Source of the DNA: Girardia tigrina
Taxonomy: Eukaryota
DNA: 62,036 nucleotides
NCBI GenBank assembly: GCA_001938485.1
Contig: MQRK01181462.1
Coordinates: forward strand, 70,362-132,397
Reading direction: 5' to 3'
Part shown: positions 51,246-62,036 of the stretch, in pieces
Numbering within the stretch: the first letter of the stretch is position 1
Layout: every line of letters starts with the position of its first letter
Notes under the pieces: generated by a model
What the model was told of the DNA's origin: nothing
The model's input: the letters and a program-made list of their open reading frames with translations, nothing else
The model's database searches: none
Program-made: the position numbers and the translations under genes

Positions 51246-53068
51246 ACCCCCGCTCGCAAGAATTTTTTTAATTTTCTCCACTTTTCTTTCACATGTTTTA
51301 CCAAACGTATCTTCTATCATGTACTTTTCGAATAACTTTATATGGCCCATCGTATCTCCCTTGATCTTTTGTTCTAGATTCTACTTTTACCAACACATCA
51401 TCTCCTCGAAAGAAGTGTCTTCGCGTAATAGCCTCCTAGTCTCGCTCATGTTGAAATGTTTTACTATTTTTTCCATCCCATTTCTCCCTGCTTATGCGTC
51501 TTCCGAAAATGATTTCAGTTGGACTCATCCCGACAGTTGTCTGTAAAGTGGCATTTAATGAGAACTCGATCTCCAGTAGAATCTCTGCCCAGTCCGAACT
51601 TCTTCTTTCATGCAATGTTGCATTTATCAATTCTCTCACCGTACGGAATTGTCGTTCAATTTGTCCGTTTGTGTTATGATGATATGGGCTGGAGAATCTA
51701 ATTTTGAAATTCTGTTTCTCTGCAAACTCTCTCATCTTTTTTGATTCAAAAACCTAACCGCAATTCACATTCATCGTCCTTGGAGAACCAAATTTCAGTA
51801 TCAAATTCCACATTATTCCTTTTATTATCGACTCTTCATCTTGTTTCGATATTGCTAATAACGTAATGTATTTACTGAACTGATCAATGATGACTAGAAT
51901 ATATTTCTTTTTCCCAGAAGTCTCTTTCAACGGTGCGCAAATATCCACATAAATGCATTCAAAAACCTCGGCAGCTTCTAATTTTATCGTGTTCTCATTT
52001 GTTTTGGCCGTATATGTTTTATTCTTTTGGCATGATTCACAACCACGTACAATCTCTTTGATCTTACCTTTCAACTTGTCAAAATCCTAAAAGTCTTTTA
52101 AATAATACTCAACTTTTCTTGCACCCGCGTGTGCCAACATCCGATGGGTTTCCAAGATAATATCTTCGAGTAACTTTGTGGTTTCATCTTCTGATACAAC
52201 ATCCAATGCACGTGTCTTGATTTTTTCTTTCTTTGCTTCCTCGTGTAGCATCAAACATTGAGTACACGTATCACAATTCATCCTTGACAACAATTGGGTT
52301 CTTGCTCAAAAGACATTATCATGAACACAAAAATTTTGTTACGTCTTTTATTAATTTTTCGATTTTATGGTAAATTTAAATTTTCTTTTTTCTCAATTAC
52401 ATTTTCCGATTAAAAAATTAAAATCGCATTTTTTATTTAAGTCAATTTAATGGTTTTATAATTATTTTTTTACTTCCAATTTTAATTTCCGAAAAAATTA
52501 TAATTACATTTTCCAAAAAAAAATTATAACCAAATTTTTAATTTACTTTGATTTAAAAGTTACCAAAATGGTTTAGTTTACTTATTTCGCAAATAAAATA
52601 TCAAACTTAAATTACTTTTTATTTTATTTCAAATAAATATTTTTATCAAATTTGAAATTAACTTTATTTACTTTATAATAAATCTTTACATAAATCTTTT
52701 AATAACCCTACCGTAAAATTTATTCTATTTCTTACTTAAATTAATTTTTTACATTAAATTTCTGAAAATTTTATTTTAACATATTTATAACAATATTTTA
52801 CGGAATGTAATTGTTTATTTAATTATTTGAAAGCTTCAAAAATTTTATATTTTTTGAACGTTCCCAACAACAGCATATCAGCATTCGCGTGCGAAGATCC
52901 TTTTCGAAATTCTAACTTCATATATAGACTACTCAGATATTTAATCCACGTTTGAAACTGCGAAGTAATTGGCTTCTTAGTGTTCAGCATAAATTTGATT
53001 GCTTTATGGTCGGTAAGCAAAGTAAATCGTTTACCACACAGAAAATGTCTAAAATGGTTAAAAAATAA
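51246..53068 (-). mobile_element. Gypsy pol 3' fragment (RNase H to integrase, PPT)
   Basis: FTLLTDHKAIKFML...HANADML|SRMNCDTCTQC; integrase FSSPYHHNTNGQIERQFRT; purine tract gagcggggg followed by tgtaag. Same lineage as the 17.5-kb element. Confidence 0.85.
52292..52869 (-). mobile_element. Solo LTR inserted in Gypsy pol
   Basis: 5-bp TSD acaac/acagc. Removing it restores the codons D-M-L-S-R. Termini tgttggg...gaacccaatt on the minus strand. Confidence 0.75.
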
Positions 53069-53069
53069 T

Positions 53070-54172
53070 ACATTACTTATCTTTGTACGAGGCATTTCCG
53101 AAAACTTTGAAATCACAGAAGAATTGCTGTCAATGGAATCAATGAAAGGCACTACTAACGGGGAAGATATTTTTTAATTTGTGGAAAATGCTATGCAGAC
53201 TATGCAATTGCAATGGCAGAAAATGGCCAGTGTTACAACAGATGGCAGTCCATCTATGACAGGAAAGAAAGTTGGACTACTAAAGAGATTGGTGGACCGC
53301 GTTAAAGAGGTTGATTGCAATATGGAGCTGATATTTTTACATTGCATAATACACCAGGAAGTTCTATGTAAAAATGTACTTGACATTAAACATGTCATGG
53401 ATCCAGTTATAAAAATTGTTAATTTCATCAGTGCAAGAGGTCTAAATCATAGGCAGTTTATCACACTTCTTGAAAATTAAGGTTCAGATCACAATGATAT
53501 TTTGTACCATTCTGCAATACGCTGGTTGAGTTTTGGGAATGTTCTGAGACGATTCTTGGACCTTAAAACGGAAATCCTATTATTTTTGGAGATGAAAGGA
53601 AATGATACGGAATATCCACAACTGAAAAAATACGATTGGTTATCAGATCTGATGTCTTCAGTTGATCTCTTTGAACATATGAATAAATTGAATACAAGAC
53701 TTCAAGGAAAAGACATTTTTGCTCACGAAATGTACTCAGCTGTGAAGGCATTCAGAATGAATCTAAAACTTTTTTCTCGACAGCTCAGTCAGAATATCAC
53801 AACACACTTTCCAAAACTCGAAACAATGGCACCCCAGATTATGTCAACAGAGAAATACATCAATATCATATCTGCACTAGATAATGAATTTACTCGTCGT
53901 TTTTCTGACTTTCAAAAACATGATGCAGAGTTTGATATTTTATCATCACCGTTTACAACAGACTTTGAAAAAGTACCGGATGCTTTACAGCTGGAATTGA
54001 TTGATCTGCAATGTGACTCTACTCTTAAGAAGAAATTCCAATCTGAAAACATTGACGAATTTTATGCGTCATTGAATGAGTCCAAGTTTTCCAACCTGAG
54101 AAAGATGGCCAAGAAACTACTTTTCTTGTTTGGATCTACATATATTTGCGAGCAAGCATTTTCGACCATGAA
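53070..54172 (+). mobile_element. hAT transposase (GTF2IRD2/EPM2AIP1/Spin-like) internal fragment
   Basis: LLIFVRG, VTTDGSPSMTG, HCIIHQE, RWLS and FGSTYICEQAFSTMK; frameshift at about 53175 and stop at 53478-53480; no TIRs seen. Confidence 0.9.
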
Positions 54173-55190
54173 ACTATTACTCCACTTAAACACACATTAC
54201 TTAACAACTACTTCCCTCACAAATCGCTTACAATTTTTACGTCATAGATATACTTAATACATCTTAATGTTCTGTGGTAGCTTAGTCGACGCGTAAATGC
54301 AATTTTTAATACACAAAATACATTGTTTTTTGCTCTAATTATGCCGATAGTCTCTCCTTTGTCACGGACAAGCGCAATAATCGATGTCAGAACTCTAGGT
54401 GTAATTGTCACGACTACTGTTGTTCCTCAAGATCACTATTTAATGTAAATTTATTGAGGAACACGAAATACACTTGATCATATTCCACATTGAGAGGTAT
54501 TAGTCAATCGACAATCTTCAGAAACACTGATCAAAATCGATTTAGTCACTTTATGTTCGCCGATATTCTTCAGCAACAGATGTGCGATCTTTGTACAAAA
54601 AGAAAAACAATAAAACGCTTTTACAATTAAAGTATTTTTCTTTGATATCAAATTTGGTAACCAGAGCAATTTATTCAGTCTCACACCATTTGAATTGATT
54701 GTTTCGGTACTGCATCGAATGTAGCCCTGATTCTGAAAATGGAACAATTAAATGATGTTTTTTATCATCGCGAATATTCTCATTACAGTTGATAAATTAA
54801 TTGTATCTCATCAGCTCTAAATCTTCAAATCTATCATGTCTATATTATTCTCTCCTTTTCAGATTCCAATTTCGTATTTAAAAATTGGTTGCTCGTTATT
54901 TTATGAAATTGGGTGGTTTTCTTTGCAACGAAGTCATTTTAAAGTCGTAACTCAAAATGTATTAATTCCTATGAAACATTTGTGAGGATTTTCGGCGAGT
55001 TTAAAAATGTTAAATTTAAAGAATAACATACCGATAAAATAATTTAAGAATAATTGAAAATCGTAACAAAGTGATATTTAATTTAGCACAAGATAATATA
55101 GTTAACCAAAGAAAACTACTAGATTAGGTATTTCAATAACTAAGGCAAATTAAGTAATAAATTAAATTCTAAATAAAAAAGTCATTAAGA

Positions 55191-55384
55191 TAGTGGTTGG
55201 CAACCTGTGGGGTGCGAGACTGTTGCAAGGGGGGCATGCAGCTGTTTCCAAAATATCATTTTCGAATACATACCAAAAAAATCGAATAGGTGTCACAAAA
55301 AATGAATCAACAAGTTGTTTTTTAAAGGAGGGCGCACCAATTTTTTTAAAGGGGGCGCATATACAAAAAGGTTGGAAAGCACTG
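55191..55384. mobile_element. hAT MITE
   Basis: Perfect 8-bp TSD cattaaga; imperfect TIRs tagtggttggcaacc / ggttggaaagcactg. Confidence 0.85.
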
Positions 55385-55778
55385 CATTAAGACATTCTTT
55401 AATTGGAAAAAAAACATCAAATTGTAGTTAAGGAAAATATGATTAAATATACGATTTAAAAAGTAAAACATTTATTTATTATCATTTAAATTCTTCTAGA
55501 AATAAGTTTAGTAAAAATTTAAATTTCCTGTAATTAAATTAAAATTTAACGAGAAATATCAGTGTAGTGAATTAAAAAAATCAAATCAAAATAATTTTTT
55601 TAATAACAAAAAAACGATTAAAAAATAAAATTGTGAACGTAGTGATCGAAATGTAAAAATAAAAATTCGAGCGAAAAAAAATTAGCAAATTATATCAAAA
55701 ATATACACTTGTTTAAATAAGCTCAATATTTACAAAACTCGAACTACATAATCAAAAAAAAACAGTTAAACTCTAATC

Positions 55779-56708
55779 ATGTCCGACTGCGAAACCGAGA
55801 CATTCGCCTTTCTGGCCGAAATCGCCCAGTTGATGAGTCTAATCATCAACACGTTCTACTCTAACAAAGAGATTTTTCTTCGGGAATTGATCTCCAATTC
55901 CAGCGATGCGCTTGACGAGATCCGTTACAAAAGCTTGTCGGATCCATCCGTGCCCGTCACCGCCAAAGAACCAATGATCGAAATCATCCCGGACCAAGAT
56001 GCTGACACCCTCACTCTCATCGACACAGGAATCGGAATGACGAAAGCCGAGCTCATCTGCAATCTTGGAACGATCGCTAGATCTGGAACCATAGCATTTA
56101 TGGAGGCGCCGCAAGCCGGTGCCGACATCTCGATGATCGGTCAATTCGGTGAAGGTTTCTATCCACCGTATCTGGTCGCCGACAAAGTTCAAGTGATATC
56201 CAAGGGCGACGACGGCGGGCGGCATCTGTGGGAATCGTCCGCGGGCGGTTCGTCCACCGTCAAATCCGACAACAGCGAGCCGATCGGCCGAGGAACGAAA
56301 GTCTTTTTAAGCATGAAAGAAGACCAAATCGAATATCTAGAAGAACGGAAAACCAAATACGATGGGCAGTTTGGGCGTGATGGCCGCCCCTCTGTTCGAA
56401 AATCCGGCATCCCAACTCGGTTGGTTGAACGATTCGCCTCTTCGTTTTTTTACTTTTACATTCAGGAACGTGTTGTCGAGCGAGAGGATAGTTGCCCGTT
56501 CTCCGACGGCCACAGAGAGCTGGACTATCGACTCGCATCAATGTGGGAACAGACGGAAGTTCCGCGCTCGAGGCGTGCCTCCGCCAACGTCGACTCAACA
56601 ACGGGGTCATCGCCTCATCTTACCGCGGTCGCCGCTCGACGCCTCACGTCGGTGTCTGGAGCAACAGCCTCCTTGAACTTTTCAATCAGTTTCATAAAAT
56701 TAAAATGA
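55779..56708 (+). pseudogene. HSP90: Truncated, chimeric cytosolic Hsp90 copy (N-terminal ATPase domain only)
   Basis: [40 protein letters not shown]...GRGTKV...EYLEER. Conserved motifs are damaged (FAFQ>FAFL, GQFGVGFYSAY>[11 protein letters not shown]); homology stops at about 56356 and the frame runs on into unrelated sequence. Confidence 0.9.
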
Positions 56709-57919
56709 GTTATTGCAAAAAATATATTTAGCAGAATTAAAAATTTAACAAGAAATATCAGTTTAAATAAATTTAAAATAAATATTAAGAAGATAAAATT
56801 TTATAAATTAATAAAACTCCTGGTGAGAAACTATATCGATATTTATAATTTATATTTTATTATGTTTGGTTGGTGCAAAGAATTTAGAAAACATTGTACC
56901 TCAAATTTGTTTAAATAATTGCTATTGTTAGACAATAAATATTTTGTTGAGTTATGAATCTGATATTCTAAAGTTTAGAATCTAAATGAATCTAATATCC
57001 TAATCGAATCTATCAACATTAATTATATTTTTATTAATTATTTTATGAATATTCAACAAAATTATTAATCAATAAATTTGTTTTCTAATTAACATTGATT
57101 TTTTATAGTTACACGTTTTTTAGACTGACGAAGAATATTACTTTAATGGAATAATTTTCTAACTTCTGAGTTTGCTGTAACGACTTTTATAAATTGAATA
57201 TGAATACGTTTCTTTTTATTTCTTACGAACACAATAAAAAGAAGACACTTAATAAATCTTAGGAAATCGTCTGCTGAAGCATCATTCCATGCTGCCTTTA
57301 TTTAATGGTTTCCTTTCTATTTTTTAAGTTGGAAAAATTTAATTTATTTTTTAATTTTAGTATTGTGGTTAAATATTTTTGTTAAAACAACATGTAATTT
57401 TAAGTTTTTTTGTTTTTCTTCAAATTATTACAAATTTAAAATAAACTTTGTAATACTTATATAAAATAATGAAAAAAAATAAAGTAATTTCCATTCTAAA
57501 TTACGAATAATTTGATTAAATTTTCTCTATGGTATAAAGAAATATTGTATTTTAATTCATGAAACTAAATATATTACCCTGTTGTAAACATTTAGGATTT
57601 ATTATTTTTATGAGGTTTTATATTAATTTTTAACATGTTAATATATCATTTCAACTAGCTTCAATCCCCCAGAAATATTTTAGACTATTTTTTCTACTCA
57701 ACTACATTTCTAACAGATGCACCAAAATCTATTGTTTGCCTTATCAAATTAATTATTCATCACTTATCATCATACATACAAAAAGACAAGAGTAAACATA
57801 TTCAAACTACATGGTGCGTACGGTGTTTGAGGACATATAGTTTTCTGGCTTTTTCTGTATTCTATTAAATTTGATTTCTTTTTTAGTAATAGTAATGGAA
57901 GACCCTCACCTTACACAGC

Positions 57920-58330
57920 AGATGAGTAGGTAAACATTAATTGTGGCATTGGAAGCTGAGCATAACGATTTTAAAAATTTTTCGATTTTTTAATGTAACC
58001 AAATCGTTCAGCTACAAAGTTTGTATAGAGTTCGAGGAAAAAAATGGAAAAGTATTACCAGTATCAAAATGTAAGAAGAACTCTCAGAAAACCTGAATTT
58101 ATACAGCAACTTCTATGAACCATTGATGATAATCCTAAAAAATCGATGAGGTCACTTGAAAAAGAATTCCAGGTTTCAAAAGGAACAATTAGAATATTTT
58201 ACATGATGAAATTCAAATTAAATCTTATGTGATGAGTAAAGAAAAATTTACGTCTGCAAAAACAAAGGAAAATCCTTTAATCAGATCATAAAGCCTCTTG
58301 AACCAACTTAAAAATCCAGTAGAAGAAGAA
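57920..58330 (+). mobile_element. maT/Tc1-like transposase N-terminal (HTH) remnant
   Basis: PEFIQQL...IDDNPKKSMRSLEKEFQVSKGTIR...KSYVM. Confidence 0.55.
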
Positions 58331-59136
58331 ACAAATCAAAAAGAATGAAATTTTACAACTATCTCATTTTGTAGTTTTGAAATATAAACAGCCATTGAAA
58401 CTCTATTTTGATAATTCGGTTTCAATTTTTGGAAGAAGACTGCACTTCTCTGGTATTAAATCCGTTTTATTTTGAAATTAATTTATTTGTAATATAAATG
58501 TCTCCTATGCTCAGAAAAGACAAATTAAAACGCGATTGCTAATGTTTAAATCAAAGCAAACGTTAGAATAATTATGATCATTGATCTTTTTTAACAATAA
58601 AAATTATTATTATTAATCTTCTTATTATTATTACTATTAAACTCATAAAAAAATGAGAACGATTTCTATAATTTACAAAAAACCTCTTCCCAATAAAATA
58701 ATATTAAATTAATAATATAACTTAATTATAGTTTTATGAGTCTGGATCGAAAATTTGATTTTAAATATAAATTAATAAATTTTATTTCCGTCGTACTTAT
58801 CGTTTTAATCGATTTCCATTAATCTGGTTTGTTTTGTCTGCATCATTTTTCAGATGGAGGTAAACAATCTATAAATGAAACATAAAAACGGGTTTTTTAA
58901 GAAAGAATAAATGTTTTATCAAATATGAGAAAAAACTTATTATAATAGTATTTTCTTTAGATGAGTACACATTTTTAAAAATAAACTTACAACAATTGAT
59001 ACAAATATTTTTAATATTTTCTATTTTTAATTACTTACTTGAGTTATTAAAAATGTTGATTTATATTTTAATTCCATACATCTACCAATTTAAACAGTAA
59101 CTTTTAATATTTTTTATTATACAAAGTCGTTTAATA

Positions 59137-60455
59137 CAGGATGATCACAAAGTAACTACCGTGTTTTAAACTGCAATAACTTTTTTTGGCAAAACAATAT
59201 GAAAAAATGGTTTTAAATAACAAAAAAGCATTTATTAAAATTTAATAATATTCAACAGAATAACCATCGACATCAATACAATGTTTAAGACGTCCATGAA
59301 AAGACTTAATGGCATTTTGGCAAATTTCACCATCTATTTTTGCCGCTTCTTGACAAATAAAATCTTTAAGTTACTGAATTGCTTTTGGTTTTCTCAGATC
59401 ATTCTTCAAATACCCCCACACACAAAAATCGATTAGTGTCAAATCAGGTGACCTGGCCGGCCATACATATGCACCATATCGTCCCAGCCAACGCTGTGGA
59501 AATGCTTCATCCAGAAACTGTTGCACAATCAGTGAATAATGGGCAGGTGCTCCACCTTGCTGGACCACAGCTTTCCGTTTGCATGTTCTTGATAACGATG
59601 ACATAAAGCAACTTTTTAACATATCCAGGTAAAGCACCGCTATTATGTTTCGTTCAATAAAAAAGGGCCCATAAACTTGAGTTGAAGAAAACCCCATCCA
59701 AACATTAGATTTTAGATTACATTAGATTAGCCTGTGACCTCTGATATGTTTCGATTGGTGTCTCAGTGCCCAAAATGGGACAGTTATGTCTGTTTACAAT
59801 GCCGTTAAGATGGAAAGTTGACTCATCAGAGAATATCAGGTTACTAAGAAAATTTTCATCTGCACCTATCGATTGAATTAACGTTTTACACATAACATGT
59901 CTAAGAGCGCAACCTTCTTCATACAAAAGTTGCGTGGCTTGATTTCTGGAGAGGAATATTTTTAAGTCGTTTTTTATCTTACTTTTTGAACAGTTCCATA
60001 AGAGAAATTCAGAGTTGACAACGATTTCCTGATAGACGACTGGGTTTCTTGCTTAAAATGCTCTGCTATCTCATTTTTCTTTTCATCATCAATTGGTGGT
60101 CTTCCAGATTTTGAGCCATTTAGAACGCTTCCTGTTTCTTCAAACTTTTTGAAGATGCTTCTAATACTTTTTTCGGTTGGAATATTTTTCCATTTAAGTC
60201 GTTGAAGTTATCTTCTTACTAAAGTCACTGACTCCTGCTTTGCAAATAAAATAACAATTTTTACACGCTAATTTACATCCATTTTGAATCTTACGCTTAA
60301 AACAATAACAACAATTAAAAAATTTAAACAAAATGTACTTTTAATTAAATTTTAAAGAATAAACTTCAAGATTCCTTTATAATTAAAAAGAAATACAATA
60401 TAATTCAAAAGTTATTTGCAATTTAAAACCCGGTAGTTACTTTATGATCACCCTG
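59137..60455 (-). mobile_element. DD41D (rosa/Visitor-type) transposon, full-length, defective
   Basis: TA flanks and ~50-bp TIRs (caggatgatcacaaagtaactaccg). FSDESTFHLNG and QQGGAPAH (catalytic D mutated) ...WPARSPDLTLIDF with 41-residue spacing. Confidence 0.92.
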
Positions 60456-61249
60456 TAATTTGTCTTTTCATGGACCTTTTGCATTTTGTGTTTTATATAA
60501 AATAAAAAAATGTATGTAATTTTATGAAAATGCATCATGAAATTTCAGATGAATCTTAAGGTCGGTCTGAAACTTTATTTAAAAATATATATAAATCCAA
60601 AACTTATCGAAAAAGGTACTTCTATAAAAATTTTCAAAAAGTGGGTTCGGTATACCTTATAATGTATAAGGTCTCTCTAACCTCGATGGAAGATTGATGT
60701 TTCAAATATATGTATAGGGGGATCTATCAAACAGAATTTAATATTTTCAAATTTGAAAAATTCTATAAAAAGCAAAAATTAATAATTTAAGAAAATCTAA
60801 AATACTTTTCTATTTTAGAGGTACTGAAATTGGATAAAATGTCCAAAAGAACAGGAAGAATGAAAGGTAAAATAAGACAGGATTAATATTTATGACTATG
60901 TAGATGATTCTATGTTTGATAGTATGAATACAAATATTCCTCTACAAATCTGAGAGTTATATTTATGACACGAAGAAAATAACTGCGAGTATGATAAAAT
61001 TGACATTAAGAAAAAGGAGGGAAAATAAATTGTACAACAGAGACATTAAAAAATGTCACATTTGTGACATAAATTATAAAAATGTAAAGAACGATCAACT
61101 GTATAATTTGACAATAAAGATAGGAATTCAATATCTTTTATTTATCGAACTCAGAAATGTTATTTAATGTTATTTAAGCTGGCAAATTCAAAGGTTTCCA
61201 TTCTATTTTATAAATTTCTATTTATTAAAGACAAATAATAAATTTTCCT

Positions 61250-61881
61250 TGTTGGCGTTGCTTTTGGTGAACTTTAATTTTTGATATTTTTTAAATTTTT
61301 GATATTTTGAAATTAAAAATCATATTTTATATTTTATTAAAAAAATAATGTTCGACTAATTAAAACGAAAGAATTTTTAAATAAAAAAATTTTAAGTTCA
61401 TAGATAATATTTTAATTAAACTGGGAAGATTTTTTTTATAAAAATTATGTTTCAAAAATTGACAATTAAAATAACAGCTTTGGAGTTAAAGAATATTGCA
61501 AAGAAGATTTTGATATATTTTGTATCACTATTTAAAATAATAATGTTTATTGAATTTAATGGTCGTTAAAAGTTTTAATTCGTTTTTTTTAATTTTTTAA
61601 ATAAAGTTGCTGAAATGTTTAAAATTGTAATATGAAAATTTTATTGTCAAATAAAATAAATTAGGCTATTTAATTTTAGAATTTATAAATTTTCTTTTCA
61701 TAATACTTTTTTAATGTATAAAATCAAGATTAAGTAAAATAAATTTTAAAAACTGAAAGTAATATTACTTAACAGAAAATAAACTTTAAAAAGATTGCGA
61801 TTTTTATTAGAAAACAAATAAAAGGTTTTTATTAAAAATAATTTATAATCGAAAGATTTAAAATCAAAGAAAAATATTTAG
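61250..61881 (+). mobile_element. Partial LTR of the same family as 37621-38499
   Basis: Starts tgttggcgttgcttttggtgaacttt and shares aataatttataatcgaa..gatttaaaatcaaagaaa near its end. Confidence 0.7.
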
Positions 61882-62036
61882 TGTAAGTAGCGTTTATGCC
61901 ACTTTCATTATTATCATATTCTAAAGCCATAATTTAACACCACCAAAAATTTATTACTATAACAATTCACATTTATAAAACAAATTTTCCTGTTAATTTA
62001 ATTTAATTATCTCGACCCAAATTAATCTATTAAATT

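Noticed and set aside
54770-54818. Hammerhead-like CTGATGA-gata...tatc on the minus strand
   Set aside because: No GAAA box follows stem II; at best a decayed relic.
55839-56731. Overlapping antisense and alternate-frame ORFs on Hsp90
   Set aside because: Shadow ORFs caused by GC-richer codon usage; no recognisable domains.

Overview
Very AT-rich eukaryotic (animal) genomic DNA with five short N gaps. The composition, the 52-bp intron and the mariner/Penelope load are compatible with a planarian-like flatworm (inference only). One host gene spans most of the window on the + strand: a PPP1R16A/B (MYPT3/TIMAP)-like ankyrin-repeat PP1 regulatory subunit ending in a CAAX box. Five exons can be reconstructed with matching splice phases (11602-11727, 27847-27922, 27975-28116, 43808-43994, 49196/49199-49675); its 5' exons were not found in the window. 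The introns and flanks are a graveyard of decayed transposons: Tc1/mariner elements of several catalytic classes (DD34D, DD34E, DD35E, DD37E, DD41D), hAT elements and MITEs, foldback elements, Ty3/Gypsy elements with solo LTRs, an RTE-like LINE, an RLE (NeSL/R2-like) non-LTR element and several Penelope-like elements. Two GC-richer broken gene copies are present (GPKOW-like and N-terminal Hsp90). Most notable: (1) a Penelope copy whose inverted 89-bp tails each carry a minimal hammerhead ribozyme, one of them in sense orientation in the host intron; (2) two divergent IS630-like elements whose ends are 22-bp tandem arrays; (3) Gypsy elements whose Gag ATG is formed across the LTR/PBS junction, plus an LTR family ending in TA rather than CA. 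I found no CRISPR, rRNA or tRNA features, and no convincing novel protein system.
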